Origin: an uncultured Sphingomonas sp.
GTDB taxonomy: Bacteria; Pseudomonadota; Alphaproteobacteria; Sphingomonadales; Sphingomonadaceae
NCBI GenBank assembly: GCA_964551235.1
Contig: CAZKCD010000001.1
Location: 15-64,014 of the forward strand
Direction of reading: 5' to 3'
DNA length: 64,000 nucleotides
The position numbers were made by a program, and so were the translations under genes. Positions 52,623 through 64,000 of this stretch are shown here, one piece after another. Numbering within the stretch: position 1 is the first letter of the stretch; the number at the start of each line of letters is the position of its first letter. A model generated the notes under the pieces. That model was not told the origin of the DNA, searched no databases, and saw nothing but the letters and a program-made list of their open reading frames with translations.

Positions 52623-53902
52623 GCCGCCGCGCGCACCTCGTCCGCCCCGACGATGCCGAGCATGTCTCGGTCGATTTCGTCGAGCTGTTCTTCGACCTCG
52701 TTTACGTCTTCGCGGTCACCCAGCTGTCGCATTTCCTGCTGGCCCACCACGACCCGCGCGGGCTGGCCGAGGCGGTCATCCTGTTTCTGGCGGTGTGGTG
52801 GGCGTGGACGTTCACGACCTGGGCGACCAACTGGCTGGACCCGAGCCGGGTGCCCGTTCGCCTGATGGTGTTCGCGATCATGATGGCCAGCCTGGTGATG
52901 AGCGCCAGCCTGCCGGCGGCCTTCGGCGACAAGGGCTGGTGGTTCGCGGGCGCCTATGTCCTGGTCCAGCTGGGGCGCACCCTGTTCGTCGTGTGGGTGG
53001 TATGGAATCACCGGCGGCGGCTGGCGATCAGCCTGATGCGCGTCGCCTTGTGGTTCGCGGCGAGCGCACCGCTGTGGATCGCGGGCGCGCTGGCCGAGCC
53101 GGACGCCCGCATCTGGTGGTGGGGGGCGGCGATCGCGCTGGAATATGGCGCACCGCTTGTCCACTTCCGGGTGCCCGTGCTGGGCCGGTCGCAAACGCGC
53201 GATTACGCGGTCAGCGGCGCGCACATGGCCGAGCGTTGCGCCCTGCTGATCATCATCGCGCTGGGCGAGGGTATCCTGATCACTGGCGCGACCTTCGCCG
53301 ACCAGCCATGGACGGGGGCCGGCCTGGCCGCCGCCTTGGCCGCCTTCCTGGGATCGGTCGCCATGTGGTGGGTCTATTTCGACGTCGGCATGCGGCGCGG
53401 CGCCGAGAAGATCGAGGCCGAGGCCGACAGCGGCCGGATCGCGCGCAACGCCTATACCTACGCCCACCTGCCGATCGTCGCGGGGATCATCGTCGGGGCG
53501 GTCGGCGACGAAATGCTGATGGAGCATCCGATCGGCCATGCCGAGCCGCTGTTTCTGTGGACGCTGCTGGGCGGGAGCGCCTTGTTCCTGGCCGGGACCA
53601 TGCTGTTCAAGCGGCTGACCGCGCGGTCGCGCTTCTGGCCGCTGTCGCACCTCGTCGGGCTGCTCTTGTTCGCTCTGGCGGGGGTCTGGGCGATGCTTGC
53701 CCATCCCGCGCCGCTGGGCGTCGCCGCGGTCACGGTGGCGATCCTGCTGACGGTCGCGGTGTGGGAGTGGGGATCGTTCCACGGCGGCTGGGTGGCGCGC
53801 GGCGTGCCGGTGCCGGGATTCATCGCGCGCTACGCGGCGTGGCGGCGGGCGGCGGCGGACGGGGACGACAAGGCGGTTTCGCAATCGGGCGAGAAGGGCT
53901 AA
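52619..53902 (+). CDS. low temperature requirement protein A family
   Basis: ELFFDLVYVFAVTQLS, H.AER..L..IIALGE, Y.HLP..AGI; TTGA overlap start. Confidence 0.88.
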   Translation: MSRRAHLVRPDDAEHVSVDFVELFFDLVYVFAVTQLSHFLLAHHDPRGLAEAVILFLAVWWAWTFTTWATNWLDPSRVPVRLMVFAIMMASLVMSASLPAAFGDKGWWFAGAYVLVQLGRTLFVVWVVWNHRRRLAISLMRVALWFAASAPLWIAGALAEPDARIWWWGAAIALEYGAPLVHFRVPVLGRSQTRDYAVSGAHMAERCALLIIIALGEGILITGATFADQPWTGAGLAAALAAFLGSVAMWWVYFDVGMRRGAEKIEAEADSGRIARNAYTYAHLPIVAGIIVGAVGDEMLMEHPIGHAEPLFLWTLLGGSALFLAGTMLFKRLTARSRFWPLSHLVGLLLFALAGVWAMLAHPAPLGVAAVTVAILLTVAVWEWGSFHGGWVARGVPVPGFIARYAAWRRAAADGDDKAVSQSGEKG

Positions 53903-53913
53903 GGGCCGCCGCC

Positions 53914-54363
53914 ATGGCCCAGACCCGATCGCTTTCCCGTTCCGCCGCGCGGCTTGCCGCGGTGCAGGCGCTCTACCAGATGGAGATGGAGGGCACCGCG
54001 CTGGCGCCCCTGCTGCACGAGTTCCACGAGCACCGGATCGGCGCGACCATCGAGGACGCGACCTATGCCGAGGCCGAGATCGCTTTCTTCGACGACGTGG
54101 TGAGCGGCGTCGATGCGCGCCGCGACGAGATCGACCAAGCGATTACCGCCAAGCTGGCCGAGGGCTGGAGCCTGGCGCGGCTGGACAAGGCCATGCGGGC
54201 CATCCTGCGCGCCGGGACCTACGAGCTGATGGCCCGCGCCGACGTGCCGGCCGCCAGCGCGATCAGCGAATATGTCGACGTCGCCGACGCCTTTTTCGAC
54301 GCGAAGGAAAAGGGCTTCGTCAACGGCCTGCTCGACGCCATCGCCAAGGACGTGCGTCGCTGA
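53914..54363 (+). CDS. nusB: transcription antitermination factor NusB
   Basis: RSAARLAAVQALYQ, WSL.RLD, ISEY, FVNG.LD. Confidence 0.96.
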   Translation: MAQTRSLSRSAARLAAVQALYQMEMEGTALAPLLHEFHEHRIGATIEDATYAEAEIAFFDDVVSGVDARRDEIDQAITAKLAEGWSLARLDKAMRAILRAGTYELMARADVPAASAISEYVDVADAFFDAKEKGFVNGLLDAIAKDVRR

Positions 54364-55292
54364 CCGAGCGCGAGATCATCGCCCACATCCGCCGCATGGC
54401 GGACCCCCAGACGGCCCGCGGCCTGATGGACGACGTGGCGGTGCTGGGCGATCTCGTCATCAGCCACGACACGATCGTCGAAGGCGTCCATTACCGCCCC
54501 GAGGACCCGCCGGAAACGGTCGGGTGGAAGCTGGCGGCGGTCAATTGCAGCGACCTCGCCGGCAAGGGCGCGACGCCCGAATTGGCGATCCTGTCGCTGA
54601 CGATCCGCGGCGACGGGGAATGGGAACGCGCCTTCCTCGACGGCCTCGACGAGGCGCTCCACGAATTTTATCTCCCGCTCAGCGGCGGCGACACCGTTGC
54701 GCTTCCAAACGGCGCCCCGCGCGTGCTGGGCATGACCGTGATCGGTCGGGCCAACGGCCGGGTGCCCTCGCGAACCGACGGGCAGGCCGGCGAGACCTTG
54801 TGGGCCATCGGCACGTTCGGCGATGCCGCCGCGGGGCTCGCCCTGCTCCAGGCCGATCCGGGCGCCACCGGTCACCTGGTCGAATGCTATCAAACGCCAT
54901 GGCCGCACACGACGCCCGGGAAAATGCTGGTGCCGCATGTCGGGGCGATGATGGACGTGTCGGACGGGCTGCTGCTCGACGCGGCGCGGTTGGCCGCGGC
55001 GAGCGGCGTGCGGGCCGAGATCGATCTTGGCGCCGTGCCGTTGTCCGACTCTTTCATCGAAGCACGGGGTGACGATCGCGCCGCGCGCCTGTTCGCGGCG
55101 ACCGGCGGCGACGATTATGCCTTGCTCTTTTCCTCCTCCGTCGACGAGGAGACTTTAAGACATTCTTTACCAATTGGGCCGAAATTGACCGCGATCGGGC
55201 GGCTCGTCCCGGGCGAGGGATTGGCCCTTGTCCACGACGGCGAGGCCGTGCCGGTCCCGGAGCATCTCGGCTATGAACATCGCGGCACTTAG
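54360..55292 (+). CDS. thiL: thiamine-monophosphate kinase (probable CTG start)
   Basis: DD.A, D..VEGVH, VN.SDLA.KGA, GGDT, MDVSDGL..D, GGDDY.L, GYEH. Confidence 0.92.
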   Translation: MTEREIIAHIRRMADPQTARGLMDDVAVLGDLVISHDTIVEGVHYRPEDPPETVGWKLAAVNCSDLAGKGATPELAILSLTIRGDGEWERAFLDGLDEALHEFYLPLSGGDTVALPNGAPRVLGMTVIGRANGRVPSRTDGQAGETLWAIGTFGDAAAGLALLQADPGATGHLVECYQTPWPHTTPGKMLVPHVGAMMDVSDGLLLDAARLAAASGVRAEIDLGAVPLSDSFIEARGDDRAARLFAATGGDDYALLFSSSVDEETLRHSLPIGPKLTAIGRLVPGEGLALVHDGEAVPVPEHLGYEHRGT

Positions 55293-55504
55293 CGCCCGCC
55301 AATGGATGATCGCCGCGCTGGGGCTATGCTCCGGCATGGCGACCGCGCTGCTGCTCCACTAGGGCCCTATTTCGCGCCCCGCGGCCCCCTCCACCGGAGC
55401 GGGTTGCCTAAGGCCAAAAGGCCGTTACACCTTTGCCCCGCAATTCTCGCACCGCGCACGGAAAGATCCGGCGCGTTTCTGGGGTTCAAAGGGGAAATCA
55501 TCAC

Positions 55505-57601
<2,097 letters not shown>

Positions 57602-57634
57602 TCCGACCATCGGCGGCACGCCGCTGAAATGAAG

Positions 57635-57667
57635 GGCGGGCGGGGGAAACTTCGCCCGCCTTTTCTT
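57635..57667 (+). terminator. rho-independent terminator after hppA
   Basis: GGCGGGCG...CGCCCGCC-TTTTCTT. Confidence 0.78.
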
Positions 57668-57735
57668 GTCCGCCTTTCCGGCTTGCCCCGGGCCCGCGCC
57701 TCTGGTTCATTCGGCGCGCTCGGCCAGGGGGTAGG

Positions 57736-59736
57736 ATGGCGCGTTTCGTGTTGGCGTTGGTGGCGTTGGGAATGACGGTCGGTGCTCGTGCGCCGGTCCA
57801 CGCGGCGGAAGCGCCGATCCCGATCGAGGCGCTGGCAACGCCGTCGACCGCTAGCGTCGTCCGCCTGTCGCCCGACGGCAGCCGGATCGCGGCCTACCGC
57901 ACCGGGCCGGGGGCCGACTTCGTCTACATCCTCGACGTCGCCGACCCGGGCAAGGTCGTTCGCCGGATCAACGTCGGCTACTTCCAGCTGTCCGACCTTG
58001 CCTGGGCCGGGAACGACCGGCTGGTGATGCACCACGTGTTCAACGTGCAGGTGCTCGGGATCAATATCGGCACCGCGCAGCTCAAGGTGGTCGACGTCGC
58101 GACCGGCGCGACCCGCCAGATCGATGGCGGCGAGACCAATTTCCGCGCCACCGACGTGCTGTACGTCGACCCCAAGGGCGCGTCGGCGCTGGTCGCCGGC
58201 CTCGGCAAGTTCGACAAGAGCCCGTCGGTGATGCGCGTCGACCTGGGAAGCGGCGCGTTCACCAAGGTGCAGGATAGCGTCCGCGACGTCTGGCACTGGT
58301 TCGTGGACGGCGACGGCGTGGTGCGCGGTGGGCTGGCCCACGAAAATCTGAAATGGGCTCTGCATTACCGGACCGCGGCGGGCGCGCCGCTGAACAAGGT
58401 GGTCGGTAAGTTCGACCGCAAGGACGTCGACATCATCGAGGGCGTCTATTTCAGCCCGCTGGGCGGCGAGACGATGGTCGTGTCCAACCACGTCAACGGC
58501 CGTTTCGCCGCTTATCGCCTGGACCTGGCGACCGTCGAGCCGGGGGCGATGGTGTTCGAGAATCCCAACGGCGACATCGGCCGCCTGCTGACCGATTCGG
58601 GAACCAACCGGATTGTCGGCGCGCGCTACCACGACCGCCGCTGGCGGACCCGCTGGAGCGATCCGGAGCTGGCCAAGGTGCAGGCACGGATCGATAAGGC
58701 CGCGCCCGACGCCGACAACGCCCTGGTCGACTGGTCGCGCGACCGCAACCGCATCCTCATCCATTCGACCAAGCCCGACGACCCGGGCACCTATTACGTG
58801 CTTGACCGCGCCAAGGGCGAGATGAAGATCGTGCTGGTGCCTTACGGCAAGCTCGTCGGCCAGCCGCTCTCGCCCGTGACGTCGATCGACTACACGGCGC
58901 GCGACGGGCTCAACATTCCCGCCTTCCTGACGATCCCCAAGGGCTCGACCGGCAAGGCGATGCCGATGATCCTGTTCCCGCACGGCGGCCCGTTTTCCGC
59001 CGATACTTGGGACTATGACCCGTGGGTCCAGTTCTTCGCCAGCCGGGGTTATGTCGTGCTGCAGCCGCAATTCCGCGGAACCACGGGCTTCGGGCGGCAC
59101 GGCGTGGAACGCGGCTTCGGCGAATTCGGCGGCAAGATGATCGACGACATGGAAGATGGCATCGACCACTTGGTGAAGGCGGGCATCGTCGATCCCAAGA
59201 GGGTGTGCATCGCCGGCGGATCCTACGGCGGCTATGCGGCGATGTGGGCGCCGGCGCGCAGCCCCGAGCGCTATCGCTGCGCGATCAGCTGGGCCGGGAT
59301 CAGCAACGTGCGCGACCAGCTAAAATTCGACCGCGGGCTGTTCGGCGCCAAGCGTTACTACCGCGACTGGCGCGACCGCGTGCTCGGCATCGACGAGAAG
59401 CGCGGCGACATGGCCGCGATCTCGCCCGTCCGCCGCGCGGCAAATTTCCGCGTGCCGCTGCTGATCGGGCACGGCAAGCGCGACGATACGGTGCCGGTCG
59501 ACCAGAGTCAGCAGATGGAGGCGGCGCTCAAGAAGGCCGGGGCGAGCGTCGAGGCAATCTATTACGACAAGCAGGGCCATAGCGTGGACCTGTCCGACGA
59601 CTATGCCGACTGGCTGTGGCGGATGGAAAAATTCCTCGCCGCGCACAACCCGACCGACCGGCTGGTCCCCGCCAGCGTCTCCGCCTTTCCTTCACGGAAA
59701 GAGGCGGCTAAAGGAGCGCCTTCGAAAACTGAGTGA
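57736..59736 (+). CDS. S9 family (prolyl oligopeptidase-like) secreted peptidase
   Basis: Signal peptide, propeller domain, PHGGP, GGSYGG, D..V, GH. Confidence 0.9.
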   Translation: MARFVLALVALGMTVGARAPVHAAEAPIPIEALATPSTASVVRLSPDGSRIAAYRTGPGADFVYILDVADPGKVVRRINVGYFQLSDLAWAGNDRLVMHHVFNVQVLGINIGTAQLKVVDVATGATRQIDGGETNFRATDVLYVDPKGASALVAGLGKFDKSPSVMRVDLGSGAFTKVQDSVRDVWHWFVDGDGVVRGGLAHENLKWALHYRTAAGAPLNKVVGKFDRKDVDIIEGVYFSPLGGETMVVSNHVNGRFAAYRLDLATVEPGAMVFENPNGDIGRLLTDSGTNRIVGARYHDRRWRTRWSDPELAKVQARIDKAAPDADNALVDWSRDRNRILIHSTKPDDPGTYYVLDRAKGEMKIVLVPYGKLVGQPLSPVTSIDYTARDGLNIPAFLTIPKGSTGKAMPMILFPHGGPFSADTWDYDPWVQFFASRGYVVLQPQFRGTTGFGRHGVERGFGEFGGKMIDDMEDGIDHLVKAGIVDPKRVCIAGGSYGGYAAMWAPARSPERYRCAISWAGISNVRDQLKFDRGLFGAKRYYRDWRDRVLGIDEKRGDMAAISPVRRAANFRVPLLIGHGKRDDTVPVDQSQQMEAALKKAGASVEAIYYDKQGHSVDLSDDYADWLWRMEKFLAAHNPTDRLVPASVSAFPSRKEAAKGAPSKTE

Positions 59737-59747
59737 CGAAGGATTAC

Positions 59748-59996
59748 ATGGCCAAGGAAGAACTGCTCGAGATGCGCGGACGCGTCGTGGAGCTGCTGCC
59801 CAATGCGATGTTCCGTGTCGAGCTGGAGAATGGCCACGAAATCCTCGGCCATACGGCCGGCAAGATGCGCAAGAACCGCATCCGCGTGCTGACCGGCGAC
59901 GAAGTGCTGGTCGAGCTGACGCCGTACGACCTGACAAAGGGGCGCATCACCTACCGCTTCATGCCCGGCCGCGGCGGCCCGACGCCGAACGCCTAA
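59748..59996 (+). CDS. infA: translation initiation factor IF-1
   Basis: [24 protein letters not shown]...[26 protein letters not shown]. Confidence 0.98.
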   Translation: MAKEELLEMRGRVVELLPNAMFRVELENGHEILGHTAGKMRKNRIRVLTGDEVLVELTPYDLTKGRITYRFMPGRGGPTPNA

Positions 59997-60005
59997 GGGC
60001 CGGCG

Positions 60006-60578
60006 ATGAAGCTGGTCCTCGCCTCGGCGAGCCCGCGGCGCCTCGACCTGCTGGCCCGGATCGGCGTGACGCCGGACGCGGTCGACCCTGCCGACATCGA
60101 CGAAAGCGTGCCGCCGGGCGAGCTGCCCAAGGCGCACGCGCTGCGCCTGGCCGAGGAGAAAGCGGCGGCGGTCGCCGCGCGCCACCCCGACGCCATCGCG
60201 CTGGCCGCCGACACGGTGGTCGCGGTGGGGCGGCGGATCCTCCCCAAGGTCGAGGACGAGGCGACGCTGCGGCAGTGCATGACGCTGCTGAGCGGGCGGC
60301 GGCACCGCGTGCTGACCGGGGTGGCGCTGGCGCTGCCCGGCGGCGGCATCAAGAGCCGCGTGGTCGAGACGATGATCGCGATGAAGCGGCTGAGCGCCGA
60401 GGAAATCGATTTTTATGCCGGTCACGGCGAGTGGCGCGGCAAGGCCGGCGGCTATGCGCTGCAGGGCTATGGGGAGGTTTACGTCCGCCACATCGCGGGC
60501 AGCTATTCGAACGTCGTCGGCCTGCCGCTGGCGGAGACGCGGCATTTGCTGAAGAGCGCGGGCTATCCCCTTGCCTGA
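60006..60578 (+). CDS. maf: Maf family nucleotide pyrophosphatase
   Basis: LASASPRR, AADTVV, KAGGY..QG, GSYSNVVGLP. Confidence 0.95.
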   Translation: MKLVLASASPRRLDLLARIGVTPDAVDPADIDESVPPGELPKAHALRLAEEKAAAVAARHPDAIALAADTVVAVGRRILPKVEDEATLRQCMTLLSGRRHRVLTGVALALPGGGIKSRVVETMIAMKRLSAEEIDFYAGHGEWRGKAGGYALQGYGEVYVRHIAGSYSNVVGLPLAETRHLLKSAGYPLA

Positions 60579-61479
60579 GTGGATCGTCGAGCAGGGTATC
60601 GGCGAGACGCGCGCGGCGCGCTTCGAACAGGGCGCAATCGTCGAGACGCGGGTGCGCCGCGAGGGCGTGACGCCGGCGGGCACGGTGCTCGAGGCGAAGC
60701 TGGTCGCGGTGGCGCCGCGCATGACGGTCGAGGCGGGCGGCGAGCAATTCCTGCTGCCGCGCGGCGCGAGCGGGGTGAGCGAAGGCCGGACCCTGACGAT
60801 CGAGGTAACGCGCGAAGCGCTGGGCGGCCGCGAGGGCTGGAAGCGCGGGCTGGCGCGGGTGACCGACGCCGCCCCCTGCCCCGCCCCGCCGATCGTCGCC
60901 GACGGCGCGCCCGGCACGATCGAGGGCTGGGACGAAGTGCTGGAGGAAGCGCGCAGCGGGATCGTCGGCTTCGACGGCGGCGAGCTTCGCATCGAGCCGA
61001 CCGCGGCGATGACCATGATCGATGTCGACGGCTGGCTGGTGCCCGACAAGCTGGCGCAGATGGCGGCGTGGGCGGCGGCGCGGGCGATGGCGCGGCTCGA
61101 CATCGGCGGGCCGGTGGGGATCGACTTTCCGACGCTGAAAGGGCGCGAGCAGCGCCAGGCGGTCGACGCGATACTCGACGATTATCTGCCGCGCCCGTTC
61201 GAGAAGACCAAGATGAACGGCTTCGGGCTGGTGCAGGTGGTGCGGCCGCGGGCGCGCGCGTCGCTGGTCGAGCTGGCGGCCGACCGGGCGGCCTTCGAGG
61301 CGCGCGCGCTGCTGCGCCGCGCCGGGCGCCATGTCGGGACGGGCACCCTGGTCGCGCACCCGCGCGTCGCGGCGCGGATCGAGCCCGCCTCAATCGCCGC
61401 GCTGGAGCGGCAGGTCGGCGGGCGAATCGCCGTGCGCACGGATGAATTGCTGGCGCTGCATGCGGGGCGGATCGATTAG
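60571..61479 (+). CDS. ribonuclease E/G family protein (short)
   Basis: T.AMT.IDVD, R..IGG...IDF, FG...V.RPR; position after maf. Confidence 0.8.
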   Translation: MPEWIVEQGIGETRAARFEQGAIVETRVRREGVTPAGTVLEAKLVAVAPRMTVEAGGEQFLLPRGASGVSEGRTLTIEVTREALGGREGWKRGLARVTDAAPCPAPPIVADGAPGTIEGWDEVLEEARSGIVGFDGGELRIEPTAAMTMIDVDGWLVPDKLAQMAAWAAARAMARLDIGGPVGIDFPTLKGREQRQAVDAILDDYLPRPFEKTKMNGFGLVQVVRPRARASLVELAADRAAFEARALLRRAGRHVGTGTLVAHPRVAARIEPASIAALERQVGGRIAVRTDELLALHAGRID

Positions 61480-61545
61480 CCCGTGTCGCGCGTTCGCGGT
61501 GGCAACGCCACCGTCACCGGGGGGTTGAGACAGGGAGACTCTTGC

Positions 61546-62406
61546 ATGTGTGATCGCGACCATTCCATCGACCCGGCCGCGCTCGAGCTCAGCCGTCGCC
61601 GCTTCGCGGTGCTGGGCCTGGCGACGACGCTGGCCGCCTGCGCGACCAACGGCACCGGCCCGACCGGCGGCATCGTCGAGCGCAACGTGGTCATCCCGAC
61701 CGGCGACGGCATGATGGACGCCTTTTTCGTTGCCCCGCGCGGGCGGGCGAGCGCGGCGGTGATCTTCTGGCCGGACATCGCCGGGCTTCGCCCGGCCTTC
61801 CAGGCGATGGCGCGGCGGATGGCGGCGGACGGCTTCGCCGTGCTGGTCGCCAACCAATATTATCGCTGGCGCAAGGCACCGATCTGGCAGGACTTCGCCG
61901 AATTCCGCACCAAGGGCGGCTTCCAGGCGGTCGGCCCGTGGCGGCAGGGGCTGACCCCGGCGGCGATCGCGACCGACACGCGGGCGATGGTCACCTGGCT
62001 CGACCAGCAGCGCGAGGTGGATCGCCGCAAGGGCATCGGCGTGCAGGGATATTGCATGGGCGGACCGTTCACCGTTCACTCGGCGGTGGCGGTTCCCGGC
62101 CGCGTGCGCGCGGCGGCATCCTTCCACGGCGGCGGGCTGGTGACCGACAAGCCCGACAGCCCGCATCGTATTCTGGGCCAGAGCCGCGCCAGCTTCCTGT
62201 TCGCCATTTCGCGCGACGACGATGCCAAGGCGCCAAGCGACAAGGTCGCGCTGCGCGAGGCGGCGACCGCCGCCGGACGTCCGGCGGAAATCGAGGTCTA
62301 TGACGGCGACCATGGCTGGACCGTGCTCGATTCGCCGGCCTACGCCCAGCCCGGGGCGGAGCGCGCCTGTGCGCGGCTGCTGGCGCTGTACCGGGCCGCG
62401 CTTTGA
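61546..62406 (+). CDS. dienelactone hydrolase family protein
   Basis: GYCMGG, SFHGGGL, EVY...HGW; Tat-like SRRRF plus LAAC lipobox. Confidence 0.9.
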   Translation: MCDRDHSIDPAALELSRRRFAVLGLATTLAACATNGTGPTGGIVERNVVIPTGDGMMDAFFVAPRGRASAAVIFWPDIAGLRPAFQAMARRMAADGFAVLVANQYYRWRKAPIWQDFAEFRTKGGFQAVGPWRQGLTPAAIATDTRAMVTWLDQQREVDRRKGIGVQGYCMGGPFTVHSAVAVPGRVRAAASFHGGGLVTDKPDSPHRILGQSRASFLFAISRDDDAKAPSDKVALREAATAAGRPAEIEVYDGDHGWTVLDSPAYAQPGAERACARLLALYRAAL

Positions 62407-62588
62407 GCGTGGGGGCGACCAAGGCGAAGTGCCCCATCTGCGGGAAGGCGGAACGGTCGGAATTCCGCCCGTTCTGCAGCCGCGGGTGCAAGGATCGCGA
62501 CCTGTTGAAATGGCTGGACGGGGGCTATCGCATTCCCGGTCCGCCCGCCGATCCCGAAGGGCTGGACAGCGGGATGGACGACCGCTAG
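62403..62588 (+). CDS. yacG: DNA gyrase inhibitor YacG
   Basis: CPICGK....RPFCS..C...DL..W..G.Y.IP. Confidence 0.92.
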   Translation: MSVGATKAKCPICGKAERSEFRPFCSRGCKDRDLLKWLDGGYRIPGPPADPEGLDSGMDDR

Positions 62589-62632
62589 AGCGCGCTTCGC
62601 TTGACGGGGCGTCCTGCCCCGAACGATGGCGC

Positions 62633-62708
62633 GCCTAGGTAGCTCAGTTGGTAGAGCATGCGACTGAAAATCGCAGTGTCGGCGGTTCGATCCCGTCCCT
62701 AGGCACCA
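62633..62708 (+). tRNA. tRNA-Phe (GAA)
   Basis: GCCTAGG...CTGAAAA...TTCGATC...CCTAGGC-ACCA; TTGACG -35 box at 62601. Confidence 0.97.
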
Positions 62709-62812
62709 TCCTCCCCGCATTCACTCGCTATTAACGAAAATCGCCGCAAATCAGCATCTTGCCTATGGGCAGGTTGCGGGATACCAAGATGGCGAAACAA
62801 TCCGGGTTGAGT

Positions 62813-63193
62813 ATGCGGATGATCGGTCGGTTGATGGCTGTAGCGCTCGTGACGAGCATGCCGGTGGGGGAGGCTGCGGCCATGGGGAAGGCCACGTCCA
62901 TGAATGTCCTGTGCACCGTGCGCGGCGGCGACAAGCTTGCCGGCGCCGGCGGGACGGCGGGCATCTGCGCCGCCTTCGAAAAGGCCGCCAAGGCCAAGGG
63001 CCAGAAATTCGGCGTTCGCGTGACCGTCGCCGGCCCGTCGGCGCTGACCGCCGAAGTCACCACCGCCAAAGGCAAGGTCCTCCCGCCCTTCCGGCTCGAT
63101 TCCGCCGACCGCCCGATCTCGGCGGGCTCGGTCGACCGCTTTGCCGCCACCCTCGTCGAGCAGGTCGTCAAGGCCGCCGGCCACCAGCACTGA
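62813..63193 (+). CDS. small secreted hypothetical protein (start uncertain)
   Basis: Signal-like N-terminus ending AAA, two Cys (CTVRGG...GICAAF). Confidence 0.65.
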   Translation: MRMIGRLMAVALVTSMPVGEAAAMGKATSMNVLCTVRGGDKLAGAGGTAGICAAFEKAAKAKGQKFGVRVTVAGPSALTAEVTTAKGKVLPPFRLDSADRPISAGSVDRFAATLVEQVVKAAGHQH

Positions 63194-63297
63194 TTTCGCC
63201 GTGTCTTTCCCCTTGTCCTTCGGGCGGAACGACGCCACGCTTCATCATCCCGCAACCCTAGCGCGCGCGGTCAAACAACAGGAAATGAGAGACGACG

Positions 63298-64000
63298 ATG
63301 CCTGATATTCCCGGTAGCAGCGCGACCACGACGAGCCTTGCGGTTGGTGGGAACCTGACGGATTCGCTCGAGGTCACCGGCGATCACGATTGGATCCGGG
63401 TGACGCTGGTCGCCGGCGAGAAGTACATCATCACGCTGACCGGCGGGACGCTGGTCGACCCGTACCTTCGCCTCCGCGATGCCGGGGGTGCCCTGCTGGC
63501 GGAAAACGACGACCTCAACACCGGCCAGGTGCTCGATTCGCGCATCGTTTTCACCGCGACGACGACCGGCACTTACTATATCGACGTCGGCGCCTGGAAC
63601 GACGCGGGCAGCGGCACCTACACGGTCGCGATCGTGCCCTATTCGCCGCCGCCGGTGGCGACCTTCACCCAGATCGCGACCCACCTGGCGGACGGCTATT
63701 GGGGCAATGACGACCGCCACTTCAACGTGACGCAGGGCGGTATCATCACCGTCAACCTGACCGCGCTGACGGCGGCGGGGCAAGCGTTGGCGCGCGAAGC
63801 GCTGGCGATGTGGTCGGACGTCATCGGCGTCTCGTTCCAGGAAGTCACGACCGGCGGCCAGATGACCTTCGACGACAATGAGGCGGGCGCCTTTTCGACC
63901 TCGACGACGTCGGGCGGCTTCATCATCTCGTCGCACGTCAACATCTCGACCCAGTGGCTGGCCGACTACGGCACGTCCAATTCGACCTATTCCTTCCAGA
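63298..64000 (+). CDS. serralysin-like M10 metalloprotease with PPC domain (3' truncated, not in ORF track)
   Basis: Open frame MPDIPG...GDHDW.RVTL..G..Y...DPYLRL.D..G.LL.ENDD...TGTYY.DV (PPC domain), then AREAL.MWSDV.G..F and YSFQ, which normally precedes HEIGH; the zinc motif lies outside the window. Confidence 0.78.
   Translation, partial: MPDIPGSSATTTSLAVGGNLTDSLEVTGDHDWIRVTLVAGEKYIITLTGGTLVDPYLRLRDAGGALLAENDDLNTGQVLDSRIVFTATTTGTYYIDVGAWNDAGSGTYTVAIVPYSPPPVATFTQIATHLADGYWGNDDRHFNVTQGGIITVNLTALTAAGQALAREALAMWSDVIGVSFQEVTTGGQMTFDDNEAGAFSTSTTSGGFIISSHVNISTQWLADYGTSNSTYSFQ

Noticed and set aside
62709..64000. Integrative element at tRNA-Phe (also considered at tRNA-Pro and tRNA-Thr)
   Set aside because: No integrase, transposase or direct repeat visible within the window

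Overview
A GC-rich, gene-dense chromosomal segment of an alphaproteobacterium. Gene content and synteny point to Sphingomonadaceae (inference). It contains about 75 CDSs and three tRNAs (Thr-GGT, Pro-CGG, Phe-GAA). I found no integrase, transposase, CRISPR array or prophage. Main blocks in order: an mlaE/F/D-pqiC-like lipid transport operon; a peptidase-rich region (pepN, M48, aminopeptidase P, oligopeptidase B, a secreted gluzincin); an orphan Flp pilin; maiA/aldolase; clpB; a TonB-dependent receptor facing a TPR-2OG-Fe(II) oxygenase; xseA/purD; outer-membrane genes; rpmB; cobT/cobS with an HxlR-VOC-GST block, a J-domain gene and bolA; nusB-thiL-hppA; infA-maf-RNase-yacG-tRNA-Phe; and the start of a serralysin-like protease. 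The most interesting signals are: (1) a candidate four-hairpin small RNA at about 40782-40905 with GCGTAA in three consecutive hairpins; (2) the receptor/oxygenase/secreted-protein module; (3) a translationally coupled three-gene membrane module behind purD; (4) cobST linked to J-domain and BolA genes without other cob genes in the window; (5) xseA and purD sharing one CATG as start codons; (6) a probable CTG start for thiL; (7) several operator and ECF promoter motifs. All functional calls come from motif recognition by eye; no database searches were run.
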